A DNA stretch of 64,000 bases from Chrysomallon squamiferum (taxonomy: Eukaryota; Animalia; Mollusca), in the NCBI GenBank assembly GCA_012295275.1, contig CM022671.1, positions 620,001 through 684,000 on the forward strand, given 5' to 3'. The position numbers and the translations under genes were made by a program. The first letter of the stretch is position 1. Each line of letters starts with the position of its first letter. The notes under the pieces were generated by a model, which saw nothing but the letters and a program-made list of their open reading frames with translations, was not told the origin of the DNA and made no database searches. Shown piece after piece: positions 11,300-24,600 of this stretch.

Positions 11300-11508
11300 T
11301 CGCAGCAGTCGAGCACACCGAAGCACGCTGACACCGAGGGGGGGCATCACATGGGTGTAGATCATCACCACTTCAAGAATACTGCACACAACAACAAAAC
11401 TGTCAAAGCGGTTGAACAGAGACACAAAATAACCTTGAAAACCAAGACTGTACATTTTCAGAAGCATCTCCATGGTAAAAAGAATAACAAAAAATAAATT
11501 GGCAAGGG
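11283..11508 (-). CDS. Cav1: Cav1 exon 13: IIS2-IIS4 ([22 protein letters not shown]...[14 protein letters not shown])
   Basis: CAG/GTGGGT; 226 nt. Confidence 0.96.
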
Positions 11509-11983
11509 CTGAAAAGCAAGAACAAAACAAAAATATATGTATATATGATACAAACAATATTATATTTCTGTTATGTATATATATCACTAAAAAGATGAAA
11601 AAGGATGAAAATATTAACTGAAAATAAATTTGAGCTTTGACTGAAGAAATTATCAATAATTATTTTTGTAAGAGATAATACAAATTTATCTTTTTAAATT
11701 AGGATAAAGAAAATCAAAATATAATTGCTAACTTAAAAAAACATGGAATTGAATAAATTGAAATAAAATATTTAAAAACAAATATTATTTTTTTCATGAA
11801 AATTAATTATAAATTTTTATCTTCTATCTCAAAATAAAATGAAAAAATAGATTAATAACAAAAACAAAAGATTAAAAAAGACACAAAAGTAAATAAATAA
11901 ATACGTAATAATAATATTAACAATAAAATAAAAAAATAATGATGATGATGCTGATGATGTAATATGTCTCAGAGAAAACTCAC

Positions 11984-12144
11984 ACTGAAAATCATCCAGC
12001 CATGGTGGTTGTTGGTAATGTTCTGATGTTAAAACACAGGTATTAAAAAACACTAAAATTATTACTATCCAATAAAAAGCTTGAGATTTCACTATTTTCC
12101 TGCAAAATCTTCTACACCTTCGGTTAATTTTCTTTAATCTTAAC
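11984..12144 (-). CDS. Cav1: Cav1 exon 12: IIS1 ([53 protein letters not shown])
   Basis: CAG/GTGAGT; 161 nt. Confidence 0.95.
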
Positions 12145-12453
12145 CTGAAAAAAAAAAAGTTAGGTAAACTTTACTCCTGCAAAACAAAAACTATGAAATC
12201 TGATACTGTATAATATCAAACCCAGTAAAAGTTAATCACATTCAGTCAAGTCCAAAAAACTATTTCTGATATGGTCAAGACTGGATTAGGACAAATGTTT
12301 TTTAATCCTGTATTTATCTTCAGACATTTGATTTGTATGAAAACAAACTCCAACTGAAGGTAATCCAACTGCAAAAATACAAATTAATATTAAAATTAAT
12401 GTGTAAAATTAAACAGAATAAAAGGATGTCATCTATGGGAATTAGACACGTAC

Positions 12454-12541
12454 TGTTTTTGTTGTAGCCAGGACTGCTGCAGTTCACCACTTTCAAGATC
12501 TACTATTTTTTCTAATGCATCATCGTCATTAGCCAGCTTAC
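12454..12541 (-). CDS. Cav1: Cav1 exon 11: I-II loop (SKLANDDALEKIVDLESGELQQSWLQQKQ)
   Basis: TAG/GTACGT; 88 nt; needed to join the phase 1 end of exon 10 to the phase 2 start of exon 12. Confidence 0.88.
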
Positions 12542-12922
12542 CTAGAAAAAACAACAACAACAATGTAACAGAAAATTAAATGAAAACTTTTATGTTATCA
12601 GTCTAATTTCTGATTAATGTTTATAGTAATTATATAGGCAATGAGGCTCAGAGAGGGTCATTTATACATCTAGTGGGCTACTGAAAAGATGTAAAAGAAT
12701 CTTTGGAACTAGTCAGCAAGTAATACCAACCATAAATGTCCCAGTAATGTTTTCCTCTTTATGTCTATCTTTACAACAAAAACAATGAACAAAAACAAAC
12801 AAAAAATGAAAAAGAAATGATCAACATCAAAAAATATTTATTAATTCTTGCTCATCAGTGCTTTAAAATAAATAAAGAACACTATCTGAATTTTGTAATG
12901 AATAAACCTAAAATGTACTCAC

Positions 12923-12979
12923 TGTGACGAGGTGTAGCATTTTCATCAGCATCTTCCTCATTTTCTGGATCAATGTCCT
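12923..12979 (-). CDS. Cav1: Cav1 exon 10: I-II loop (EDIDPENEEDADENATPRH)
   Basis: CAG/GTGAGT; 57 nt. Confidence 0.93.
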
Positions 12980-13188
12980 CTGCAATACAATTTAAAAATG
13001 ACTTACAATCACTTGATAAATCACATATTATTTAAAACAATATCTATACTTTGAAAAAATATGTTATGTGTGTATTTTTAATTAAAGTAACAATCCTTTT
13101 AACATTTACATTCATAATATTATTAATATAATTAAAATAATCTCACTTAAATTCTTTCAAAATTCATTTATATCTGGTACAGATATTA

Positions 13189-13380
<192 letters not shown>

Positions 13381-13867
13381 TTATCACACAGAATGGAAAT
13401 GATGATGTTACAACATTCAGAAAACAGAAGATGTAAATGAAAGTGTGAACTAGAAAAGATGAGAAATATCAATCATAAAAATGAAGCTACCAGCTAAACA
13501 ATTTATGGTGAATATTTTGAAAGAAGTAAAACTTGTAAGAGACTTAGCCTTAAGAATTAAAAACATTAAATAAATAGTCTTTGAATAAATCTTGTTTTTT
13601 CAGTAACAAAATTATATATTAACAATTATTTAAATTGTTTTTAATTTATTTTAAATTCTGTTTTAACAGTCTGTACAGTAAGTACTTTCATTATTCATTA
13701 TTTCATAAATAAAAATTGCCTTTATTTTCAACATTTTTACCTTTAAATAAGTTTTAAATGATAATTAAATATCAAATTTTCAAAGACTATGTTATTATTA
13801 CTAAAAAAAATGAATAATAATAAAAAAAAAAAAATGATGTAGATAACAGTATAATAATTGAACTTAC

Positions 13868-13971
13868 CCACTTAAAACACCAAGAACAAGGTTAAGCACA
13901 AAGAATGATCCTATTATGATTAAACTAATGAAATAGATCCAGGGCCATTCACTTCCAACTGCATCGTTTAC
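13868..13971 (-). CDS. Cav1: Cav1 exon 8: IS6 ([35 protein letters not shown])
   Basis: CAG/GTAAGT; 104 nt. Confidence 0.97.
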
Positions 13972-15258
13972 CTGTAATTTACATGTGTAATACAAAACTT
14001 ATAACATAACAGTGTAATAATTATGCAATCTCAAAAATAAATAAAAGAAAGAAAATTTTAAACAAAATTACCATCTAAAAATGTTTATAAAATCAATTTT
14101 AAAATTTAGATTTTATTAATAATATTAATAACATGAAGAATTAAAGCAAAATGTTAAACTTCACAATCTGTTTAATATGCAATGCAATGCAAGGACATAT
14201 TATTAAACATTATTCTATCAGCAACACCTTACTTTTAAAAACCAAGCATATTGATTCCATCACCAAAATATGTGGCATGCCCTTTCATGATGTGTATATA
14301 TAATAAATCATCATTAGACAGAAACAATATAAAGTATCAACACCTAAAAACTATTAACATCAAAATGTTACATTTATTCATTCATTAAACTCAGTGTTTA
14401 TGAAAGCTGTGTGAAGGGCAAAGCAATTTTTATTTCCAACATTTTCTGGGCAAAATATTAACATACACAGCTCAAGACCACCTGTTATGAATTTGGAAAT
14501 CTATATATTGATCAGAATCAGTGTTAATACTGTAAACAAACAGATGTCACTTTGTCTGGCAACAGTGAAAATATAGCACATTGTTACGTTATCAACTACT
14601 TGGAGAGATAAGGCTTAGACAGGACTTGGCTTTGGTTCTAATTCTGCATGTATTTTTCTGCCAAGCTTTAAAAAATATAAGATGTCAAATAAAGATTGTT
14701 CTGCAATACATTTGTCAACATAATTTGATAAAGTAGGTATTAAAAACTGATTTAAGCAACAAAAAAAAGAAATAGAAAGAAAGACATTTTTTTTTTTAAA
14801 TAATAAAAATTAATACAAATAATAATTAAATAAAATAATAATAGTAATAATAAACCAAAAAAATAATTAAAAAGAAAATTTAGAGAATAAATAAATAGAG
14901 AATACAAATATGCACAATATTTTTGACTGATTTAAAAACGTAAAAAGTGAATCTACAATCACTGTAATTTCTGTTGAAATTCTAATTAACCAAAATAGAG
15001 GCAATATACAATTAAGTGATTTCTTATGCTTTTTATTTAAAAATAAATAAATTAATAAAATACAATGACTGCCGTTTTATTATTATATATCATCTAAATA
15101 GAAAGTCTGCAATTAAATCTATATCCATAAATATCTTTTAAACATAATACTAAATGTTTCATAAAACTTTTTTTAATAATAATACATAAATAAATAAAAA
15201 CAATAACAATAAAATAAAATACTAAAAATAGAGAAAAACTGATGAAAGAAAATCGTAC

Positions 15259-15452
15259 ATCATATAAAACATCGGTCCAGCCTTCCATTGTAATGCACTG
15301 AAATACTGTGAGCATGGACAAGCCAAAGTTGTCAAAGTTTGTGATTCCATTATTGGGTCCATCCCAACCTCCAAGACACTTTGAGCCAGGCTGTACTAAC
15401 TCACAAACAAATCCTCTACCACACGGATTTGGCTCTTTCAATGCTAATCTTT
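15259..15452 (-). CDS. Cav1: Cav1 exon 7: domain I pore loop ([34 protein letters not shown])
   Basis: CAG/GTACGA; 194 nt. Confidence 0.96.
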
Positions 15453-15853
15453 CTGAACAAAATCATCAACAAATAAATGAATTAATATACAAATTACTTG
15501 AATGTGTAGGCAACATACTTTTAAAACAATACCGGTAAAAACTTAGCTTTTTCTACTAAATGATAAAATAAATGGAAAATAATTAAATTCAAAGTACATA
15601 TTAACATAATTAAAATAAACAAAGTATTTTAAAAATATAAAATTACATCTTAATTGCAAGATTTAAATTTATATAATAAAGGAATAACAAAGCAAATTAT
15701 GAAAATTAATTTATTACATTTAAATATTCAGTACATTTTTTTAAAAACAGAGATCTATTTGTCATAAAGACAGAAAGAATGAAAGAGAGAGAGAAAGAAA
15801 GGAAAGCGTAAGACAGAAAGAACAGCCTCAGTGATTACAACAATTCAACTTAC

Positions 15854-16006
15854 TTGGATTTTCAAAATAACAAGTGTCGTGCATTTTTCCTGAGAAGAGT
15901 TCTAATCCTATAATGGCATAAATGATGATGACGAATATGACAAGAAGGCCGATGTGTAACAAAGGCACCATAGCTCTAAGAATAGAGTTCAATACTACTT
16001 GTAAAC
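15854..16006 (-). CDS. Cav1: Cav1 exon 6: IS5 ([23 protein letters not shown]...[15 protein letters not shown])
   Basis: CAG/GTAAGT; 153 nt. Confidence 0.97.
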
Positions 16007-16720
16007 CTGTAAACAAAAATTTTTAAAACAATTTCATACTTTAATTAAACTTGAAAGTAAAAAAACTGTAAATATAAATATATATTTGTACAGAATGACT
16101 GTGTGTGTTTGTAAAGCAAAATTATATTAATGACCCAGAGAATGTCCGTATGTATGTGGGTATGTGCGTATGTAATTTCAAAAACAATTTTAAGCTAGCT
16201 TATTTTTTTTTAATTAGTTGCTTTATTTTGTTGTTGTTAATTTTATTTTTGGAGGGAGAGTAGGTACAAAATAAGATAGCAGATAACATTTACTCCATTT
16301 TTGTTATTTATTTATTCCTTGTTGTTCTACTAAATATCAATCAAATATTGCAAAACTGTAATAAGATGTTCCAAAATCAGAGTTATATTTTATTCAGAAA
16401 TGGTGTATTTTAACATTTATCTTCCTTTGGAAAAAGAAAAAAGGAAGATACATGTTAAAAATGATGATAAAGATAAATGTGGGCAAATAGCCAAGAAATG
16501 TCAAAATCTGCATTATCATACATATTACATGCTGTTATTCCGGCGTTTCACAGCAGAATCTACACTAAATATATTTATGACTCAGATTTAAGACTAAGCC
16601 ACGTAATTAATTTAAGCAGCAGGTGAAGTTATTTTAACATTTTTCATCACACATTCATTTACTACTAATTACATGTAGAAAACAAAGTGAGTTAATTGTA
16701 GAAAAGATCATGATACTTAC

Positions 16721-16827
16721 TAGGTGCTCTGGACACCAATCGTAAAGGCCTCAACACTCTGAAAGCCCGCAGGGCTTTTACATCAAACCCTTTGTTATTT
16801 ATCATGGAAAGGACTTGACTAACAATA
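16721..16827 (-). CDS. Cav1: Cav1 exon 5: IS4 ([22 protein letters not shown])
   Basis: CAG/GTAAGT; 107 nt. Confidence 0.97.
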
Positions 16828-16972
16828 CTGAAATAATAATAACAGTAATAATAATAATAATACATAATGACAACACAAATAATATGAATATATATTTTGT
16901 ATAATCTTAATTTAAGCTTCCTCAAATATAACCCTTAAATCATTAAAAATATATTTAAAAAAAAAGAAAAAA

Positions 16973-17386
16973 AGGAAGGATGAGATGGTCTTGTGTCGTG
17001 CTCACAACAGTCATACTTGTTTGACCCATTCATTTATCATGAAGAAGTGTTGTCCACCTCAGTGTGAACAGTCAGTGCACTCTGACAGGGCGACACATTT
17101 TGTGGAGTGTGATCATCTTAGGCAGATATGAAAGGATATATTTGGTCAAACAGGACTGATGGAATCATCTCAGTTCCATCCTGAATTTGTTTTGAAATTT
17201 CTGAGAGTTACAGAATACATAATTCAAATATAGTGTGATACTCTTTACATTATGTTTTGACTAATTGTAATTTTGAATTTTTATACAGAAAATATTCACC
17301 ATTTTGGTATATTTAACTTTGTTTGACACACAATAGCCAATATATTTTTTTGTGCTGAGGTATTATTAAACATTCATTCATTCATT
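16973..17386 (+). mobile_element. 5'-truncated non-LTR retrotransposon 3' end (I/Nimb-like), degenerate
   Basis: Broken frame RKDEMVLCRAHNSHTCLTHSFIMKK..PPQCE/QCTLTGRHIL/VECDHL resembles the R..E..L.R.RIGHT.LTH...PP.C..C...LT..HIL..C C-terminal zinc knuckle; ends in a (CATT)4 tail. Confidence 0.75.
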
Positions 17387-20300
17387 AGCACATGACATAT
17401 TAATCTGGAAAGGTTACTTCTTTAATTATGTAAAATATTGGATGATATAGTGATGAATGTTGATAAGAAGCAGTTGTGCTTGTCAATCTGTATCCTTGAA
17501 AAAACTTTATAAACATTACTTTTATGTTTTGTAAATACTTCAATAGCATCATCATTTATTAATTCAGTAATTGTATTGTGTGATTTAGTCTATAATTATG
17601 CTAAGGCTTATTCTATGGGTGTATTAAATGATTTATTGGTCGCACAACAGCAGAAAATGCATAATCTATAAATTATAAAATATATAATCCTATAAATACA
17701 TCTATCATTTGTATATAAAATACTGAAATATTTTATAAACCAAAACACACAATATTTAACTATTATTCTCATTATGGTCAGTATATATATTTAAATATAT
17801 TTAAATGTATAAATGCTTTAACTTCATTACATAACTCATCATACTTCTTGACCAGTATAAAATTCAGTTTAGGTTATGCTAATCTTCAAAATAATTAGAA
17901 AATGGATTCTGAAAAAAATAATAATGTACAAATGGAACAAGAACAACTGATTTGATGTAATAACAGCAACTAAAAAATCAAACCCAAATTAAACAAAAAA
18001 TATTTAGAACTTTGAAACAAAATTTATTTTATTCTGAATAAACACTCTGCTATTAGACTTTAAACAAATGATAAAATATTTCTTTCTATTCTGTAACATT
18101 ATATAAGTAAACTTTTGATGTTATAGTTGATTAATTTTGTTTTCCTGATGAAATAAACTAAAGAAAGAAAATGTTTTAAAAAAGCTGTTAACTCTGACCC
18201 AAACAAAATTACAACATTATCAAGCAGGAAATAATTATCATTACACTATGACCAAATAAACACATGGACAATAAACACTGTTTTCTCTGCACTGGATTGT
18301 TCAGACATAAAAACATAATAACGCATTTTTGCTTTACAGGCTGGACAAATGTTGCTTGAAAAACATTATAGATTTATTACAGGCTGTCAACAGTTCCATG
18401 ATCACAAATGTGGCCTAACAATATAAAAAAATAAATCTGAGTTATTAGTTTATCTGCAATATCAATTTCCCATTATGGCAGTCATGATTGGTCTGAATGA
18501 CAGTGTGATGAAGTATTGTGAATAAAGCACCAGTGGCACCTCAGTTGTGTAAATGATACAGATTACATGAACCAATCTTGACAATGCCATGTATTGTGTC
18601 TGGCCTAGAACACTTCTATTTTCAAAGCTGATTACTGATGATTGTATCAATAATAATATTTAGATAAACAAAAAATGCAGAAAATATTATTTCTTGTATG
18701 AAAATATTAGTCTTTAAAGATATCAATTTAGTGTTTTATAATGAAATTATTATTAGTTAAAAAATCTGATTTTATTTTATTTAAAAATCCCTTAATAATG
18801 TATTAGACTCGCTATTTTTTTCAATTAAGATGAATAAATTCTGTCATGGAATTTCCATTTTATATATTTATTTATGATTAATATTTTCCCCATCACTTTT
18901 CACAATTTTAGTTTTAATAATAAATGCTTTTCATCAGAATCATTGTTGGGATATATTATTATAAAATAACACTTGTGTAATAAACTATAATAATAATAAT
19001 GAAACAATTTTATCAATTTACTGTGCTAATAATGTTTTCTTTTTTTAAATCTGCTGCAATATAAAAAAAGGAGAATATTAACTAATACAAAAAGACTGTC
19101 ACAATGAATATTCCACATTTATTTGAAAAAATCTGACACCTTGGTTTATAATTGCTTATTTTAAATTAAATGGTGTTTTTTTTCATTATTTATTTTCTAA
19201 TATTTCTGAAAAATCTGTTAATATACATTCAAATATACACTTAATGACATTTGATGATAAAGAATCATTATCTTTCAGTTAAAACATAATGTAGGACACA
19301 TTTAAAAGAAATGCCAGGTCACATTAAAACAAAAATTAAATAATAATAATAAAATAAATAAGTAAGTAAATTTTCTTCGACAAGCCCACTGGCTTTCTTC
19401 CCATTTCAAAAATTTATGTCAAAGACTTTTTATGTGTTTTCCTGTCTAAAAGAATAAAGAAATAACTAATTTTAATAATGAAATAACTTTGAAAATCCAC
19501 GTCTCTGTTATTATATTTCATGTTATCATTAAATTTCAACATTTTATCTTTTTCTTCATATTTTTTTCTTCTATTATTTTATCATTATTATTTTGTTTTC
19601 AGTTTTTCTTCTTTCTCTCTCTATTTTGTACCTTCAATCTCTTTCTATCCTAATTTAATACTATTATTGTTATATATGTATTTATGTATAAAATAAAACT
19701 ATGTAAGATAACAGAAGACTCCAACCTTGAAATTACCAGTTATTTTGATTAACAATATTAAATACTAGCATGTAACACACACACACACATTCAACAGAAA
19801 CATGTTACAAGACAAGATGTTATAATTCCTTGGCAAAATCATCTCTGTTAAGTGGCCACTGTGTCCTTGTTTACAGACTAATAAGACAAATATTTTGTAT
19901 CAACACAGGTATAAGTACTGATGTTAATATATATATATATATATATTCCTACAAAAGAAGTTCATCTGTAAGTTACATATCTTGCTTTTGTGAAAAAGCA
20001 AAACATTTTATGGTAAATTAAAAACATACAAGAAGCATCTAGTAAACAGTAGTATACAATGAATATTCAACAGTTTGTCATTCGTTATTTCTATGTAACA
20101 GTTATGACATTGTTAACAAGAAACCAAGATCAGCGGATCTTCTGGATAATTTTAATTTAGCCAGAATGTCCAAGTCATGACAATGCTTTTAATGCCAAGG
20201 TCAGAACCATCTGCCCTTTGCAGTAATGATATACTGCCAGAAAAAGAATTAGTGAGGATCCAGGCAGCTGTCAACTCTGTGTCACAGTTCCTAACCAAGA

Positions 20301-21540
20301 ACAGTAGGTTCTGTACTGATATCTAAAAGTCACTTCATTAGGGCATTTAAGACTGTTATCAAACAAATAGAAAGCAGGAAAAAGAGAAGGGAAAAAAAAA
20401 GGTTGTTTCATGAAAATGTGAAAGAAAATAACCATCTATTTTCTATGCTAATGTACTTTATTTACTGCTATCTCTGAAATAACATAATATATAATGAAAT
20501 CCAGTAATGTTCAAAAAGCACTAAAGGATATTCTTATGTTGATCTTACTTTAAATAGTACTTAAATATTTCAACATTCCTGAAGTCAATTTTCATCATAA
20601 TGTATTAGATTTTGATAAAACCATGAATAATTTTTGGTTCATTAGTAGAAATTTTGGTTTTTCAAATTCTTAAAATGAGTTTCACATATTCAATATCACA
20701 TTAATATAGCATATATATTTCATTTCCTGCTGAAATGATTTAATAGTAAGATAAATTATTGTAAAGAGGTCACTACATCTTTCAAATAACAATTTTGTAG
20801 TTGCTTTATATCCTTTCCCAGACTCTCATTAAATAAAACACAATGATACAGGACATAGATCTGAGATATTTTGAAAATAACTAACACAAAATATTTTATT
20901 AGATTTATACGAAAATTTACAGAACTACTGCCACAGTTACCATCTATAAATAACAAACTGTTTATACTTGAATGCTGCTATCACCAGCAACAATTCCTTG
21001 CTGATTACCAGCACCTGTCACCTATTTCACTAGTCATAACACAATTTATTAATTTATTAAAAACTGGAAAGTGAGTATTTCAAAAGATATTTTAAATTTT
21101 AATCAAATTACAGGAATATTCATTTAATCTGGAATGGATGTGTCTGTTGGAAATGTATGTATCATAATTTTTCCAATTTGTATGGATATCATGTCTGTTG
21201 AAAATGTACCTGATGACTTCACAATTTTTTCACCATAACAAATATATACAAATGTAATTCAGCACAAAGATATGAATATGGAGTTTAGATTTACACAAAC
21301 ACATACACCAGATACTGCACTAAGCTCTGAAAATGGGACATGCTTTAGCAGTATGAACATATAAGAAGAAGAAGAAGTCATTTTAATAAATAAAAGATGT
21401 TAACAAATTTCCATATTCTTTTTAAGTAAATATTCAGCAGATTATTTCAATTTATACATATGTATTATTATTATTATAATGTGGTAAACTTGGGGCAGAT
21501 GTTTTTGCTGTTTATATATATATATATATATTTTATATAT

Positions 21541-21565
21541 ATTATTATTATTATTATTATTATTA

Positions 21566-21620
<55 letters not shown>
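21541..21620. repeat. (ATT)n microsatellite
   Basis: Direct reading. Confidence 0.9.
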
Positions 21621-21621
<1 letters not shown>

Positions 21622-24600
21622 TTTTAATGAGCAAAATCATGAGCAAAATCCATATATGGTTTTACTTTATTTCTTTGGCACAGAGGACAACAGATATCCA
21701 GCAATCATCTAACATTGTTAATGTAACCCATCCTTGTACTAACCAACATTACTTAACCACTGATCATGATGAAACAAGTCTTTCACTTACAGCACACAGC
21801 AGCTGTTTTTAATGAATATTTTCTCAGGCAAATAAAGTGATACCACATTTTGCCAGAGATCTTTTGTATTAATAGCACATGAAATTATTCCTAGTAATTT
21901 CAACAGATTTCCATGTTGTGTTTGAAGTGATTAAACATATTTACATAAGATAAAAGACAAGATGATTGGATTTTTCATTATTAAAGAGTCAGTTTGTGTT
22001 CAGGAAGGTAGGGTGCCAGGGATTTTTATCTTAGCCTTATCTCTTGGGATGTGTGGGTAATCTTTTAAAATGCTGCAAACTCTGCAGTAGATTCACTGGC
22101 AGAACAATTCTGCCTGCATAAAGCTTCTCTTGATTCAATCTTGCTGATATCTCTTTCCACAGGATGCAGACAATTAGGAATGATGGACTGAATGACCTGT
22201 GACCTCCTATTAAATTATCACTTCGGGGATGAGGCTAAGTCTTACAATATTGGATTTTGTCAATATACTGGTGGCTGGCAATAGTGAACTGACTGATCCT
22301 GGATGCCCATCTTTTTCTGTTGTCCATTATCAATTAGGTTGTTTCCTCAAACTTTGCCTAGCAACAGTACCTTAGCACTGGAAAAATGTCAGTGATATTA
22401 TGATATGCATCACTGCAGCACATATAAAAAGAGAAAAACAATGTTAGAGTCTGAAGGGCCTATATCAGTATTGAGAATTTCTTTTTAACAAGGCTCACAG
22501 GATCAGCAGCTTTGATAACCTATGTTAGAACTTTATGGAAAGATATTAGGACATAAACTATCACCTGCATATAGTACTGTATCTTTAACCTAATATCCTT
22601 TTGAAAATACATTAATGTACTGGTTACCATCATTCTGACATTATGTTTAAAGGAAAAGTATTACTCGTTAAAATGTTTACTGAAAATCCATCAAGTTACT
22701 GATACATGGTTTATTAAATAGATTTTCTATTTTATGAATATGTACAGAAATGATTGAACTACATTCCATTCCAGCTAGTTTTATCAATCTTTATGGTATA
22801 TGGATTTCCTGGTTAAGTGAGAAAAAAAATTGTTTCTAATCTATAAGAACAGCAGGTTTTATTATATCATAAACCAAAAGTACTATGTTGACACCTAATA
22901 AATACTAAAATCAAAATGTATTGAGATACTGTTAAACATTTATTCATTCACGAATCAGGGCTATCTATAATAGGCAGGTTTTCATTGTTATGTATTATAT
23001 AATCTATGAGTACACATTCAAACACTGACAGACAGACACAGACACACAAATAAATAGTAAAATGAATTACTGTTGTTTCTGTGAAAATGAATTACAATTT
23101 GAAAATTATATCACTTACTTCTAATTAATTATAAAAATATAATATATATATTAAAAAAATTAAAACAAAAAACAACAAATATATAAATATAAATAAAAAA
23201 TATAAGGATATAAAACATACATACACACACAACTGTTTTGTGTAGTATTTTTTATATGTAAACAGATGCATACAAAAAACATTTCTCTGGTTGTTGTGTT
23301 AGTCTTCTTAAAATAGAAATTCATCAGAAACTTTTTTTTTTAGTATGAGCATTTTTTTCTTCTGTTTTTTACAACTAGCTGTTAAGGTGCAGACAAAGAT
23401 GTAAATGAAATTCCTATATTTATAACCTTGCAGTACTTTTTCTAGATATTCTCATATCACAGAGAATAGGAAGCAAATCTTTACACTTCATTTAAAAAGG
23501 GAAAGTAGAAAATAAATAAATATATTTTCACAAGAAAGGAGATAGTAGAAAAGGTGGGTTGGTGAAGTACATTCTGACAGGAAATATATGTTTGTGAAGC
23601 AGAAAAAAAAAGTTGAGATCTGCCAAGAAGTTTTTCTGTGTGTGACGTAGAAGAGAGGCATCAATGGAATGTGGAATCCAAGGTGTTCTTTCACACTGGA
23701 AAGCAGTGATTCAGAGCTGGCATATGTTCATTCAGGATGAGCCAGACGAAACGTACAAACCATATGGCTCTCAACTTATCAGTCATTATTTAATCTTGTC
23801 AGGTTTAGCAATGTAATGATCAGTAAGGATAAAGAGAAACAGAATCCAATGTTTTCTCAAGTACTTAACTTGCATTTGCTTCATTGATAACTCTGCTTTT
23901 AGTATGGAGGGTAAAAAAGTATTAGACTTGTCTAAATGTTTTGTTTAACTATAATAATTTAATTAAAATTATTTCATAAAAAATCCAAATTACTTTTTAT
24001 AATTTACAAACCATATAGATCAAATATGCTGCAGATTTAGATTTAATGATCATAATTATTATTAAGAGTAAGAGAAAACTGTATTATTAAAACTGACTTT
24101 ATTATTTTAACATCACTGTCTTGTATCTATAAAAATACAGTCATCCAAATTAGTAGATTTTAATTAAAATTAATGTTTTAGCATAATCTCTACTACTATT
24201 GATATTTTCTAAAACATTCCAGTATGAGAAATGTTATCTAAGAGAATCTGATAGCAACATCTGATGAAAATCTTGTGATTAAATTAAATCAAAGCACTCA
24301 AGTACGATGCAACTCTGGCTGCCATGAATTAATATAGGAGACACAATTTACTTATCGTGTTAGCAGCATCACTGCTTGTCAGGTTACAGTGTTACTTAAT
24401 TCATCAGTTTAGATTAGATTTCTCGGTATGACCAAGCAAGTTTGACAGAATGTTTACTAAACATTTTATGTGACAGTTTTCCTAATATAATGCCATAAAT
24501 TTGAGTAAGCATGCACCATAAAGGGACCAAGAAAATATTAGTTTAATTCACTATCACTGACCTAGTTTTAAAATTAATTATTTGAACACTGCAAAAAAAA

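Noticed and set aside
14225-14290. Possible second IS6 exon (YFGDGINMLGF* near a GTAAGG)
   Set aside because: Stop codon, no acceptor and negligible similarity
20470-20515. Minus-strand *TLLDFIIYYVI resembling the end of exon 4 ([11 protein letters not shown])
   Set aside because: In-frame stops, no upstream similarity and no donor; compatible with chance in AT-rich DNA
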